The notes beneath the pieces are model-generated. The model was not told the origin of the DNA. It saw only the letters and a list, made by a program, of their open reading frames with translations, and searched no databases. From assembly GCA_945890735.1 (NCBI GenBank), contig CAMDCZ010000021.1, forward strand, positions 2,495-34,494: a stretch of DNA of 32,000 nt, read 5' to 3'. The position numbers were made by a program, and so were the translations under genes. This document shows, in pieces, positions 1 through 9,616 of the stretch. Position 1 is the stretch's first letter. Each line of letters begins with the position of its first letter. The stretch comes from Bordetella parapertussis. GTDB lineage: Bacteria > Pseudomonadota > Gammaproteobacteria > Burkholderiales > Burkholderiaceae_C.

Positions 1-401
1 ATTTGACTGCCGGACAAGCGAACACGTGTATTGATTTCGGCGCGCCCATTCCAGGGGCCCAGCACAAACATGCACATCAAGGGAACGGGGTTGCGTTGTG
101 AAATCAAGTAGATGTGGGAAACATGCGAAGCCTCCGTCATGGGGCTGTCGACTTTGAGTTGCAGGGGCACCAAATGGCCATTGTCAGCCAAAGCGGGCAG
201 CGACAAGTTCACCCCCTCGTTTTTCAGGGTTTGGAACTGCACAAAAGGTTGAACCATTTCATCGAATGTGCGCAACCGAGAATCTGCCAAACCACTGAGG
301 GTCAGCTTATCGACTTGGGCAAAAGCGGAGCCATTGGCCAGCATGCTGGCACCCAGCGAGGCTTGGGTGCAGGAGGTTAAAAATCGGCGTCGAGAAAACA
401 T
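1..401 (-). CDS. soxY: SoxY-like sulfur-carrier protein, 5' part only (CDS runs off the left edge)
   Basis: Not in the ORF track because no stop lies in the window. The reverse-strand ATG at 401..399 opens an unbroken frame to position 1. It reads MFSRRRFLTSCTQASLGASMLANGSAFAQ (twin-arginine signal) ...LSLPALADNGHLVPLQLKVDSPM...HIYLISQRNPVPLMCMFVLGPWNGRAEINTRVRLSGSQ, the layout I recognise from SoxY. It starts 11 nt after the stop of the SoxX-like gene. Confidence 0.55.
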   Translation of the reverse strand, partial: MFSRRRFLTSCTQASLGASMLANGSAFAQVDKLTLSGLADSRLRTFDEMVQPFVQFQTLKNEGVNLSLPALADNGHLVPLQLKVDSPMTEASHVSHIYLISQRNPVPLMCMFVLGPWNGRAEINTRVRLSGSQ

Positions 402-412
402 AGGTCAAGGTG

Positions 413-817
413 TCACTGTGAGGGTGGCTGCAAGAGGTAAGCCATGATGTCTTCCAAGCCTTGCTCGGTCAAAATGGTTTTGCCCCTGAAAGCTTTGGCC
501 ACATTGTGCAATCCTTTCGAGCTGAAATAGGCTGGCATGATGGTTTGCGGGTTTAACAATCGAGGATCAGCGATCCGCTGGCGCAGGGCCTCGGGCGACA
601 TGCGCTGTCCAACCCCGACCAAGCTGGGCCCAATGTCACCGCCATCTTGGAGGCCCGACACCACATGGCAAAGCACACAGCCAGTTTCTTGTCGGTTGAG
701 CAAAAGTTTGCGGCCGCGCTGTGCATCGGCGGTCGCCGTTGACGCGTTCGCTGGCAGGCCATCTGCGGCATGGGCCAAAGAGGCCAGACACAACATCAAG
801 GCGAACACTTTTTTCAT
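413..817 (-). CDS. soxX: small periplasmic mono-heme c-type cytochrome, SoxX-like
   Basis: 134-aa ORF with signal peptide MKKVFALMLCLASLAHA and a single CxxCH heme site (CVLCH). A candidate distal Met lies in IMPAYF, and the C-terminus reads LTEQGLEDIMAYLL. It sits directly upstream of the SoxY-like CDS. The cytochrome c call is solid; the SoxX assignment rests on context. Confidence 0.6.
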   Translation of the reverse strand: MKKVFALMLCLASLAHAADGLPANASTATADAQRGRKLLLNRQETGCVLCHVVSGLQDGGDIGPSLVGVGQRMSPEALRQRIADPRLLNPQTIMPAYFSSKGLHNVAKAFRGKTILTEQGLEDIMAYLLQPPSQ

Positions 818-827
818 GCCGTCACCG

Positions 828-1763
828 TTATTTCAAATAGCGTCGAAGAGCTTGGCCACACATGGCCACCGCATTGTCTGCTTCACGCATGATTCGCCCC
901 ATGGTGATGAAACCATGGATTTGCCGCTCAAAACACACATACTCTGTGACGCCCCCGGCAGCAGCCAAGGCGTCGGCATACATGAGTCCTTCGTCACGCA
1001 GCGGGTCAAAGCCAGCGGTCAGGACCAATGCCGGTGGCAACTGGGCATGCGACTGTGCTTTCAGGGGAGATGCCCGCCAATCATCCCGGTCTGTCGACGA
1101 AGGCATGTAATGGTCCATGAACCAGTGCATGGCTTTGGCCGTCAGCATATAGCCTTCACCATTGGCGTGGTAGCTGGGTGTGTCTGGATACATCCAAGTG
1201 GCAGGGTAGATCAACAATTGAAATGCAGGGGCTTGCGCACTGTCTCGTGAGCCCAAACAAACCGCGGCAGCCAAATTACCACCTGCGCTGTCGCCACCGA
1301 CGGCAACCCGTTCAGGGTCAACATGCAGGCGTTTGGCGTTGTCCACCACCCAGTGGAAACCTTCCAAGGCATCGTTGTAGGCGCAGGGAAAAGGGTGTTC
1401 AGGCGCCAGTCTGTAATCGACAGAAAAAACCGCACAACCACTGGCCTCGCACAACTGACGGCACACCACGTCATGGGTTTCAATGCTGCCAATCACCCAA
1501 CCCCCTCCGTGGTAGTAAACCAAGGCCGGCAACACTTGATCGGCAGAGGCGCCCATGGGCCGGTATTCGCGCACGGTGCCAAAGGTCAAGGCATGGTCGT
1601 GGCAAAGCGAAGTCGGCAAGGGCTCTGGTTGGGTCAAGGCCTTGCGAACCAGGTAAAACTCACGCGCTTCTTCGTGAGTTTGGTCATTCACAGCGGGAAT
1701 ACCGCGGTCCTTTAGCAGTTGCAAAAAAACCTTGGCTTGGGGGTCGAGCATGGCAGTTTCCAA
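828..1763 (-). CDS. alpha/beta hydrolase, hormone-sensitive-lipase-type (family IV) esterase
   Basis: 311 aa. Oxyanion-hole HGGGW (YYHGGGWVIGS), nucleophile elbow GDSAGG, and downstream DPLRDEG and HGF supply the Asp and His of the triad. Confidence 0.85.
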   Translation of the reverse strand: METAMLDPQAKVFLQLLKDRGIPAVNDQTHEEAREFYLVRKALTQPEPLPTSLCHDHALTFGTVREYRPMGASADQVLPALVYYHGGGWVIGSIETHDVVCRQLCEASGCAVFSVDYRLAPEHPFPCAYNDALEGFHWVVDNAKRLHVDPERVAVGGDSAGGNLAAAVCLGSRDSAQAPAFQLLIYPATWMYPDTPSYHANGEGYMLTAKAMHWFMDHYMPSSTDRDDWRASPLKAQSHAQLPPALVLTAGFDPLRDEGLMYADALAAAGGVTEYVCFERQIHGFITMGRIMREADNAVAMCGQALRRYLK

Positions 1764-1781
1764 TGAGGGCAGCGGTCAGGT

Positions 1782-2603
1782 TCAGGTCGAATGCCCGACC
1801 GCTACAAAGGCACTTTGATGTGTTTGAAGCCATTGTTTGGACAGGCTGTCGTCGTCTTGGCTGGGGTGAAAGTCTGCATCGAAATAGCGACGCCACATGG
1901 CAAAAGAAGAAGTCAACAGCCCTTGCTTGGTGAATAAAAAATGCCAGGCACCGCGCCAGGTTGAGTATTTGAACAAACTGCCCTCATGCCACAGGTTGTT
2001 GACGGTTTGTCTGAGCAGGTCAGTCAACAGGAAAAAACTGACAAAGCGCATCGCGTTCAAGCGCCATGCTTGGTTGCCACCCAAAGACAGGTAGATATTG
2101 AAAGCGGTATTTCGGTGTTCCGATTCTTCGCTGGCATGCCAGAGCCACATGGTGCGCAGCCTGGGCTCCACGTTGTCCAGCAACTGCGGGTGGGACAACA
2201 GCCAGTGGGCAAGGGTGGCGGTGAAGTGCTCTGTGGCAGCCGTGGCAGCCACGGCTTGTCGCACATCCAATTGCTCGACCTTGGCAATGCGCTTCAAGGC
2301 TCTGGGGGCCCAATGGTTGACCAGCCCTTGGGCTTGCAGATGTTGGTTAAAGAGCTGGTGGATGCGCCGGTGGGTGGCCTCTTGGCCAATGAAACCTTGG
2401 ATCTCTTGTGCATACTGGGCCTGTACTTCCGGTGGAAGTTGTTTCATCCCTCTGCGCAGTGAGTCAATGAAGAACTGTTCTCCAACCGGAAAGCTCATGG
2501 ACAAGGCATTCATGAAGGCAGCAACAAAAGCATCCCCGTGCCAGCGCACAGGCACCGGGGTTTCGAGGTCAATCAGCAGTTGGCGAACAATCAGTTGGCT
2601 CAT
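1782..2603 (-). CDS. predicted metal-dependent hydrolase (PF10118/COG3687-like)
   Basis: 273 aa. GQEATHRRIH and ASEESEHRNTAF give His/Glu metal-ligand motifs in an all-helical protein, and the overall layout matches that family as I remember it. The start lies 5 nt after the stop of the upstream gene. Confidence 0.55.
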   Translation of the reverse strand: MSQLIVRQLLIDLETPVPVRWHGDAFVAAFMNALSMSFPVGEQFFIDSLRRGMKQLPPEVQAQYAQEIQGFIGQEATHRRIHQLFNQHLQAQGLVNHWAPRALKRIAKVEQLDVRQAVAATAATEHFTATLAHWLLSHPQLLDNVEPRLRTMWLWHASEESEHRNTAFNIYLSLGGNQAWRLNAMRFVSFFLLTDLLRQTVNNLWHEGSLFKYSTWRGAWHFLFTKQGLLTSSFAMWRRYFDADFHPSQDDDSLSKQWLQTHQSAFVAVGHST

Positions 2604-2607
2604 GGCA

Positions 2608-3057
2608 TCAATGAGGAGGGAGTTGACAAGGGCCGGTCACCAGCAACTTGAGGTCTTTGCCGTAACGGCGAACATCTTTCATGGCACTCACAAAAACAGG
2701 CTGACGCTTGATTTTGATCTCGGTTTCTTCTTTGCTTTGGATATGGCGTCGTTTGACCCAAATGCTGGTGTCAGAGGTGAGGTCTGTGCCTTCAAATTCG
2801 GGACTGATCAAGGTGTTGACAAACATGTTGTAAAGCTTGGGCCCCTCCATTTTGATGTAAAGGTGATTGCCAATGGAGGAAATGTCAATGGTGACCGTGA
2901 CCGGTTGGAGGACGATTTTCTCCATCTGCGGAAAGCTCCCCTGCACATCACAGGTCAGTGTGTAAGCCCAAGCATGGCTTGAACACATCAATGAACACGC
3001 CCACACCCAGCTGCGGGCTCGTGCCATCAGCGAAGACCTGTTACGCAAAGACTGCAT
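2608..3057 (-). CDS. hypothetical secreted protein
   Basis: 149-aa ORF with a signal-like N-terminus (MARARSWVWACSLMCSSHAWA|YT; an internal Met start is possible). Only 5 nt separate it from the downstream hydrolase gene. No recognisable domain. Confidence 0.45.
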   Translation of the reverse strand: MQSLRNRSSLMARARSWVWACSLMCSSHAWAYTLTCDVQGSFPQMEKIVLQPVTVTIDISSIGNHLYIKMEGPKLYNMFVNTLISPEFEGTDLTSDTSIWVKRRHIQSKEETEIKIKRQPVFVSAMKDVRRYGKDLKLLVTGPCQLPPH

Positions 3058-3185
3058 GCTTTCCTTTCAACGGCTTCATCTTCTCATGTTTGGCCCTGGC
3101 AGACAGGCGCCAAGGAGAAAAACCGCCCCGTGTGAGTTGGGTATTATTCAGGCACTGATTTCCCCTCTCACCTAAGGATCTGACC

Positions 3186-3719
3186 GTGATTTTGAATCCC
3201 CAGCGTTCCCTTTTGCCTGCGGCATTTGCCGCCTTGTTTGTGTCGGTCTGGTGTGTGCCAGCCGTGGCATTCGATACCAATAAGTTGGAGGACTTCAAGA
3301 CCACCAACGTCTGCAAGTACTGCGACCTCACCGATGCTCCCTTGAGCGGCAGAGACATGCGGGGCGCGGATTTTCAAAATGCGAATCTCTCTGGCGCCGT
3401 CATGACCAAAGCCAACATGGGCGAACGCCCCATGGAAAAGCGCACCCTGGTGACCAATTTTGAAGATGCCAATTTGCGCCGGGCGGATTTCACAGGCGCC
3501 AATTTGCACTTGGCCAACTTCAGCAACGCCTATTTGCGCGAGGCTAATTTGACTGGCGCTGATCTGAGCGACGCGGTGTTGTCCAAGGCCAATTTGAAAG
3601 GGGCGATCCTGACGGGCGCCAACCTCAAGGGTGCCAAGCTGGACGACGCCAAGTTAGACGATGTCAAGTTTTGCAAAACCGTGATGCCTGATGGCGCGGT
3701 GAACGACGCAGGTTGCTGA
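3186..3719 (+). CDS. secreted pentapeptide-repeat protein
   Basis: 177 aa with a GTG start and signal peptide (LPAAFAALFVSVWCVPAVAFD). A long run of A(D/N)LxX pentapeptides follows: ANLSGAVMTKANMG...ANLRRADFTGANLHLANFSNAYLREANLTGADLSDAVLSKANLKGAILTGANLKGAKLDDAKLDD. Confidence 0.85.
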   Translation: MILNPQRSLLPAAFAALFVSVWCVPAVAFDTNKLEDFKTTNVCKYCDLTDAPLSGRDMRGADFQNANLSGAVMTKANMGERPMEKRTLVTNFEDANLRRADFTGANLHLANFSNAYLREANLTGADLSDAVLSKANLKGAILTGANLKGAKLDDAKLDDVKFCKTVMPDGAVNDAGC

Positions 3720-3722
3720 GCA

Positions 3723-4475
3723 TCAGCTGTCATCGCCCGGTATCTGGGCTTGGCGCAATTGCACAGAGGATGTGCGCTTCTTTCTGAAGCGGATGTTGAG
3801 CAGCTCGACACTGAAGGCAAAGGCCATGCCGAAGTAGATGTAACCCTTGGGCACGTGGTGCCCAAACCCCTCTGCCACCAAAACCACGCCGACCACCACC
3901 AAAAAGCTCAAAGCCAGCATCTTGATCGGTGGGTGGGCGTCGACAAATTCGCCAATGCCTTTGGCAAACAACATCATCAAGGCAAGTGAAAGCACCACGG
4001 CTGTGATCATGATGCGCACATCATCGACCATGCCAACCGCGGTGATGATCGAGTCGAGCGAAAACACCAGGTCAATCAGCATGATCTGCACGATGGTGGC
4101 CATCAGGTGGGCCTTTGCTTTCATGCCAGCTGTGGCTTCTTCCCCTTCCAAGGAATGGTGAATTTCACCGGTGCTTTTCCAGATCAAGAACAAACCCCCG
4201 AGCAACAAAATCAGATCCCGCCCCGAGAAAGACTGGTCCATCACGGTGAACAAGGGTTCCACCAATCCGATGATGACTGACAGCAACAGCAATAAACCGA
4301 TGCGCATGAACATGGCCATGAACAGGCCGATGCGACGCGCCATCTCTTGTTGTTCTTTGGGCAACTTGCTGACCAAAATGGAGATGAAGATGATGTTGTC
4401 GATGCCCAGCACCAACTCCAACATTGTCAAAGTGATCAGGGCAACCCATACCTGGGGATCAGCTAAAAATTCCAT
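3723..4475 (-). CDS. TerC-family integral membrane protein
   Basis: 250 aa and multi-TM. The N-terminal LELVLGIDNIIFISILVSKLP and the later LIDLVFSLDSIITAVG are the duplicated TerC signature. Confidence 0.85.
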   Translation of the reverse strand: MEFLADPQVWVALITLTMLELVLGIDNIIFISILVSKLPKEQQEMARRIGLFMAMFMRIGLLLLLSVIIGLVEPLFTVMDQSFSGRDLILLLGGLFLIWKSTGEIHHSLEGEEATAGMKAKAHLMATIVQIMLIDLVFSLDSIITAVGMVDDVRIMITAVVLSLALMMLFAKGIGEFVDAHPPIKMLALSFLVVVGVVLVAEGFGHHVPKGYIYFGMAFAFSVELLNIRFRKKRTSSVQLRQAQIPGDDS

Positions 4476-4538
4476 GTTTATCTGCGCTGGTTGGAGGTGA
4501 ATGAAGGTGAATCAGTGGTCAGGTCAAAAGGGGGCCGA

Positions 4539-5270
4539 TCAACCGCTTGCTTGGTGTCGCCGCTGCCTGAGTTTTACCAGACGCCAGTGTAGCCAGCCAA
4601 AGCGCATGGCCTGCGAGACCAACCACACCGTGAACCCCGCCAACACCACGTCGCTCAAAAAATGCCCACCCTGGGCAATGCGCATCAACCCGATGGCTGC
4701 GCCCAAGCCCAAGCTGAGACCCAACCATTGTTTGCGCCGAGACCACGGGGCCCACAGCCCCCAGGCCATGATGCTGAAAGCACCGGCGGCGTGGCCACTG
4801 ACAAACGAGCAATTGACATCGCAGTGTTGACTCACTTGCATCACGGGAACAAAAGGGAGGTCCCCTGCAAACGCATGAATTTGCTCTGGCCGCGGTCGAC
4901 CCACATGGTCTTTGAAAGCCCAGTCAACCACCAAACCAATGCCCACCAGCACCAACAACAGCCACGCCATGCATCGGCGCCTTTGGGCTCGGCTAAGGAT
5001 GTTGGGCTGAAACCGCTGCCAGACCAAACCGATCACGCAACCGACAAACAACACCCGCCCCACCACTGGAAAGCCTTCATGGATGGCAATCACCCATGGC
5101 CAATGGGTGGCGGTAAAACGTTGCAAAACAGGGTCGAAAAACCAAGCGCTCACACGGATGTCTAACTGAGGCCACAGACTGAAAACAAGCAAGCTGCCCA
5201 GCAAGCCCAGCAAGCCTGCCGACAGTTCCAGGTGACGCGCCCTCATGGTTTGGGTTGCTCCAAGAGCCAA
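4539..5270 (-). CDS. PAP2-family membrane phosphatase (candidate lipid/lipid A phosphatase)
   Basis: 243 aa and multi-TM. All three acid-phosphatase motifs are present: KDHVGRPRP (KxxxxxxRP), SFVSGHA (SGH) and RIAQGGHFLSDV (RxxxxxHxxxD). Overlaps the upstream GT-C gene by 28 nt. Confidence 0.8.
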   Translation of the reverse strand: MALGATQTMRARHLELSAGLLGLLGSLLVFSLWPQLDIRVSAWFFDPVLQRFTATHWPWVIAIHEGFPVVGRVLFVGCVIGLVWQRFQPNILSRAQRRRCMAWLLLVLVGIGLVVDWAFKDHVGRPRPEQIHAFAGDLPFVPVMQVSQHCDVNCSFVSGHAAGAFSIMAWGLWAPWSRRKQWLGLSLGLGAAIGLMRIAQGGHFLSDVVLAGFTVWLVSQAMRFGWLHWRLVKLRQRRHQASG

Positions 5271-6820
5271 ATCTGCAAGTTCTTTTCCACCGTGCCCGAT
5301 GGCTGCAGCTGGGTACTTTTTGCATAGTGCTGCTGCACAAACGCGGGCGGCGGACCTTGCAACACCAACAACACTTGGTCATGCGCTGGGTTGTTGGTGT
5401 CCGGGGTGAAACGCTTGGTTAAGTCGTAATGGTGGTCAGGAAAAGGGGTCCGCTGCCAGCTCTGGGTTTGCCAGCCTGTGGCGCGCCAGGCATAGGCCGC
5501 ATGGGCAATCACAGTTCGGTCCAACGCCACCAAGGTGGCTTGTGGGTGCAACGCTATGGGTGTTTGCATCGCCTGCAATGACTCGTCCCAACCCTGGGCT
5601 CTGGCCCACAAGGACCAGGGCTCAGCCAATGGCGGCAAGCCCCATCGAGCGCGCCAATCGCCACCCAAACCAATCACGCTGCACAAAACGCTGCTGCTGA
5701 TCACCACCCAGGCCGGGCCAGACCAGCGCCATGCCAGCGGGCGCGCGGCCAGCAACCAAGCCAATGCCAAGCAAGCACCGATCCAGGCAGGCGCAGGCCA
5801 ATTGACCTGTGCATTGCCTTGAACGGCCTGCCATGCACCCACCAACCACAATGGCCAAGTGAAATGCCAAGCAAAGATCAAGGGCGCGGGCGGGCCGAGC
5901 GCTGCATGGGTCGGCAAGGGTTGAAGTTGAAGGCGTGCACGCCATGCCATCCACACCACCACGGGACCCGCAATCAGCAGCTGGCCTGCGATGTATTCCA
6001 CGCTTCGCCACACCCAAACACCCAGGGTTTCGGCGGGACTGGCAGCCACGCCTGTCAGCAGGTCCGCGGTGTGTTTCAAGGTGGGCCAGCCGTTGGCATG
6101 GTTCCAGGCCAAATGCGGTAACCAGCAAACGGTCGCGACCAACCCAGCCAGCAACATGCCTTTGACAATCTGCGCTTGTGGTCGACGCAACCACAGGACC
6201 GCCCAACTGAGCAACACAGCCGCCATGGTGTATTTGGATAAAACACCCAATGCCAACACCAAGCCTGCCAGTGTCCAACGCCACCAAAGCTCAGGGCGTT
6301 GCAAGGCGCGCCACAGCAGCCACATCGACAAGGCCCAACAAAAAAGCAGCGGCCCATCGGTGGTGGCGACCTGCCCCAAAATGCCAAACACCAAGGTGGC
6401 ACTCACCAAGGCTGCGGCCCAAGCACCAGTCGCATGGGGTTGCTGGTGAGTGTGGGTGTCGCGCTGCATTTCATAGCCCAGGCGCCAGACAATCAAGGGG
6501 ATCAGCCCCCACAAAGCCTGCACCAACCAACGCACGCCCAGCGGACTGTCACCCCCCAGTGCTGACGACAGTTTGATGAGAACCGGTAGGACCGGGGGCT
6601 TGGAGTAATAACCCCAAGCCAAGTCACGACTCCAGTCCCAGTATTGGGCTTCGTCGACAAACAAGCTGGCACCACTGAGCCAGGCCGTGAGCATGCGCAG
6701 CAGCCACAAGCCCGGAAACAACAGCAACACAAACGCCCAACCTGGCTTGGTCAGGCTGAATGGCAAAAACCGCTCAGTGGCTGTCATGCCATCCCTCGTG
6801 GGCTTGGGGCGTTGGCGCAT
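5243..6820 (-). CDS. GT-C fold glycosyltransferase, ArnT/PMT_2 (GT39/GT83)-like
   Basis: 525 aa and polytopic. The first-loop motif is FVDEAQYWDWSRDLAWGYYSKPPV (DEx..Y..SKPP, typical of ArnT-like lipid-linked-sugar transferases). The alternative ATG at 6787 (MTATERF) overlaps the GT2 stop by 14 nt. Confidence 0.8.
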   Translation of the reverse strand: MRQRPKPTRDGMTATERFLPFSLTKPGWAFVLLLFPGLWLLRMLTAWLSGASLFVDEAQYWDWSRDLAWGYYSKPPVLPVLIKLSSALGGDSPLGVRWLVQALWGLIPLIVWRLGYEMQRDTHTHQQPHATGAWAAALVSATLVFGILGQVATTDGPLLFCWALSMWLLWRALQRPELWWRWTLAGLVLALGVLSKYTMAAVLLSWAVLWLRRPQAQIVKGMLLAGLVATVCWLPHLAWNHANGWPTLKHTADLLTGVAASPAETLGVWVWRSVEYIAGQLLIAGPVVVWMAWRARLQLQPLPTHAALGPPAPLIFAWHFTWPLWLVGAWQAVQGNAQVNWPAPAWIGACLALAWLLAARPLAWRWSGPAWVVISSSVLCSVIGLGGDWRARWGLPPLAEPWSLWARAQGWDESLQAMQTPIALHPQATLVALDRTVIAHAAYAWRATGWQTQSWQRTPFPDHHYDLTKRFTPDTNNPAHDQVLLVLQGPPPAFVQQHYAKSTQLQPSGTVEKNLQIWLLEQPKP

Positions 6821-7820
6821 CCACCAGCTGGTATGCCTGCGCTTTGCCGCCTTCGTAATAGGTTCGCATCAGCAATTCAGCCAACACGCCGGTGGTCAAA
6901 AATTGCAAACCGCCCAACACACAAAAGAAACCCACAAACATCAAAGGCCTGGTGCCAATCGATTCACCCATCAGCTTGAGCGCGGTGAGATAGGCCAAAA
7001 TCAGCAAGCCCATTGAGAGCACCACCAAGCCAATGCCACCAAAGAAATGGCCTGGGCGCGTGCCAAAGCGCAGGAAATAGTGCATGGACAAAAGGTCCAC
7101 GATCACCCGCAGGGTTCGGGAAATACCGTATTTGGATTGCCCTTTCAAACGTGGGTGGTGGCGCACGGGTATCTCGGCCATGCGCTTGGGAGAGGTCACG
7201 GTGGCCATCCATGCAGGAATGAATCGGTGCATCTCGCCATACAGCCGGATCTTGCGCAACACCGGTGTGCGAAAGGCTTTCAGGCTGCAGCCCAGGTCTT
7301 GAAAATCCAAGCCACTGACTTTGCGGATCAGGGCATTGGCGATTTTGGAAGGCACTTTGCGCAACCAAAACCCGTCTTGCCGGTGCTGTCGCCAGCCAGC
7401 CACAATGTCTTTGTCGTGCGTGAGCAAATGCGCCACGAGTGCGGGTATGTCACGTGGGTCGTTTTGCAAATCGCCGTCCATGGTCACGATCACATCGCCG
7501 CGAGCACAGTCGATCCCTGCTTGCATGGCTGCAGTCTGTTTGAAGTTGCGTTGCAAGCGAAGCGCCCGAATGTGCGGACCGACTTCGGCGGCACGTTGGC
7601 TCAAGCGAAACCAGGTGCCATCCGTGCTGCCGTCATCGACCACCACCAGCTCCCAAGGCCAGGGGTAATCGGCCAAGGCAGCTTGAACCGCATCGATCAA
7701 ATCGCTGGCCAATTCCACTTCGTTGTACATCGGCACCACGACCGATAAGCGATGCACAGGCACGCGCAAGCGGGCGGCATCCAACGTGGTTGGGGTCAAA
7801 GCATCATTGTCAAGAGTCAT
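6774..7820 (-). CDS. GT2 polyprenyl-phosphate glycosyltransferase (ArnC/GtrB/DPM1-like)
   Basis: 348 aa. Motifs are LSVVVPMYNE, VVVDDGSTDGT and TMDGDLQNDP (DxD), followed by two C-terminal TM helices. This is the ArnC-type architecture. Confidence 0.85.
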   Translation of the reverse strand: MTLDNDALTPTTLDAARLRVPVHRLSVVVPMYNEVELASDLIDAVQAALADYPWPWELVVVDDGSTDGTWFRLSQRAAEVGPHIRALRLQRNFKQTAAMQAGIDCARGDVIVTMDGDLQNDPRDIPALVAHLLTHDKDIVAGWRQHRQDGFWLRKVPSKIANALIRKVSGLDFQDLGCSLKAFRTPVLRKIRLYGEMHRFIPAWMATVTSPKRMAEIPVRHHPRLKGQSKYGISRTLRVIVDLLSMHYFLRFGTRPGHFFGGIGLVVLSMGLLILAYLTALKLMGESIGTRPLMFVGFFCVLGGLQFLTTGVLAELLMRTYYEGGKAQAYQLVDAPTPQAHEGWHDSH

Positions 7821-7841
7821 GAATCGGTCCGTAAAAAATGG

Positions 7842-8744
7842 TCAACCTGCGACCGGGTCTGGCCACCGCCAAAACAACCCAGCCAGCGCAGCAGCGCCCA
7901 AGGACACTGCCAAACAAAACACATGCACCAGCAATGCCGCCCCTGCGACGGCCTCGGTGGCAGATCTTGCCAGACCCGCCCCCAGCCATACACCGGCTTC
8001 ATAGGTGCCCAAACTCGCTGGCCCTTGCAAGGGCAACATGCCTGCAAGTTCACCACCCAGCGCGGCTTGCCAAGCTGCCACACCCGACAGCGGCAAGAGT
8101 TGGCTCAGGAGCAAGGCCACAACGGTCAGTTTGCTCAGCCAATTCGCCAATGACAACAGCCATGCGGTTCGGGGCGCGCGGCGGTGCAGCATTTTTCGCA
8201 GCACGCGCGCCCAGGCTTGACGGCGTTTGAGCAGTCGCAGCCACCACTGGGAAGGCAGCAAGATGATGGCCAAGAGAGCGCTGGGGCCAAGCCAAACCAG
8301 CCACAGCGGCATGTGGGGCCAAAACATGGCAGCCATGACACCCAAGATGCAGGCATCTTGCAACCGCAGCCACAAAAGACTGCGCAAGGCAGCGGCGCTG
8401 GGTGCATTGAAAACCCGGCGAACCAGCAAGGGATAACCAACCTCGCCCGCGCGAAACGGCAACAGCAAAACCGCCGCGTTGTGAAGCAGCACCAAACGCA
8501 AAGCCGACCGCAGGCCCACTCTGGCGCGCCATTCCCACTCCTGCTGGACACGCCATGCGCGACACACAAAACTGAACAACCACAGCACGGTTGCCATCAG
8601 CCAAATCAGGGGATGGATTTGACTGGCACGGCCCAACAACTGCGCCAGGTCCAGTCCGCGTAACAGCCAGGCAAGCAAGCCCAGGCCCAGGACCCAGCCG
8701 AGCAACCATGCCAAACGCTTTGGCCCAGGGTGCTGCAAGGTCAT
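7842..8744 (-). CDS. UPF0104 / LPG-synthase-TM (flippase-like) membrane protein
   Basis: 300 aa, very hydrophobic, about 8 TM segments and Leu/Trp/Arg-rich. Its size and position next to a GT2 gene fit the lysyl-PG-synthase transmembrane-domain family. The start overlaps the upstream PAP2 stop by 4 nt. Confidence 0.55.
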   Translation of the reverse strand: MTLQHPGPKRLAWLLGWVLGLGLLAWLLRGLDLAQLLGRASQIHPLIWLMATVLWLFSFVCRAWRVQQEWEWRARVGLRSALRLVLLHNAAVLLLPFRAGEVGYPLLVRRVFNAPSAAALRSLLWLRLQDACILGVMAAMFWPHMPLWLVWLGPSALLAIILLPSQWWLRLLKRRQAWARVLRKMLHRRAPRTAWLLSLANWLSKLTVVALLLSQLLPLSGVAAWQAALGGELAGMLPLQGPASLGTYEAGVWLGAGLARSATEAVAGAALLVHVFCLAVSLGAAALAGLFWRWPDPVAG

Positions 8745-9598
8745 GGGTGGGCAACCTGACGCCGTCGCAAACTGGCGTAGCGAGCCATGGCGCCTGCTAT
8801 CCCCACGGTCGCGATCAGATCAAAGGCCCATCTCGCCGCAGGCGTGTCGGTTTGACTGGCAAACAATGCGATCACCAGGCCCATTTCAAGCAGGATCAAC
8901 AGATATTGACCGGGTACGGAATTGACTTTCGCGGCCCAACTTTGCCGTTGCTCCCACTCCCACGCCAGCCAGGTGACTGCCAAGCCCAAGCCAAAGCCGA
9001 CCAAAATGTCCGCAGGCCAGTGGGCGCCAACCACCACACGCGAGAGCGCCACCACCGCACCCCATGCCAGCAAAGGTATCCAAACATATGGCTTGTTGCT
9101 GACCTTGGGGTGCATCCACAGCATCAGACACACCAGTGCGGCCGCTGTCATTGCGTGCCCCGAGGGCATCGAGTTAGGTCCGCTGGGTGGGTCACCAATG
9201 AGGCTGAGCAATGAGGGGTCCAAGACCCCCAAGGGCCTTGGTGAAGCCAACACGTCTTTCAGGACGCGCGAAAGGATCGAGCCCAGCAACAGACATTTCA
9301 AGACCAAGGAGGCGCTGGCGGGGGAAAAGCGACTCAGCACCAACAGCAGCAAAAAAGCCGCTCCCGCGTCACCAAACTGCGTGGCAAAAGACCAAAAGGC
9401 GTCCGGTCCCATGTCAAGCGTGTGTATGCCCAACATGATGCTGGTATTGGCTGGGGACTGCGCAAGCCAGACACCTGTCAAAATCAGCACTGCAGATGCC
9501 AACCACACCGTGCGCTTGAAGTGCAAGCGTGATTCGGTATCAGGTGTTTGTGAGGTTGCTGGCGCTTGCAGGTTCAAGTGAACTCCCCTTGACGCCAT
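8741..9598 (-). CDS. PAP2-family membrane phosphatase, second copy
   Basis: Motifs are KDVLASPRP, MPSGHAM and SRVVVGAHWPADI. The ORF track extends to 9745, which would overlap the divergent epimerase gene. I use the internal ATG at 9598 (MASRGVH...), but the start is uncertain; a TTG at LHFKRTVWL is also possible. Confidence 0.75.
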   Translation of the reverse strand: MASRGVHLNLQAPATSQTPDTESRLHFKRTVWLASAVLILTGVWLAQSPANTSIMLGIHTLDMGPDAFWSFATQFGDAGAAFLLLLVLSRFSPASASLVLKCLLLGSILSRVLKDVLASPRPLGVLDPSLLSLIGDPPSGPNSMPSGHAMTAAALVCLMLWMHPKVSNKPYVWIPLLAWGAVVALSRVVVGAHWPADILVGFGLGLAVTWLAWEWEQRQSWAAKVNSVPGQYLLILLEMGLVIALFASQTDTPAARWAFDLIATVGIAGAMARYASLRRRQVAHP

Positions 9599-9616
9599 TG
9601 AGATGGACAGATATTC

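Noticed and set aside
114-380. 88-aa plus-strand ORF at the left edge.
   Set aside because: It is antisense to the open reverse frame that encodes a twin-arginine signal and SoxY-like sequence. It has no motifs of its own.
4476-4620. Possible yybP-ykoY (Mn) riboswitch upstream of the TerC-family gene.
   Set aside because: Only 63 nt of leader exist before the upstream gene's stop. Reading the coding strand, I could not find the conserved GGGGAGUAG-type core or the four-way-junction pairing. A covariance-model scan would be decisive.
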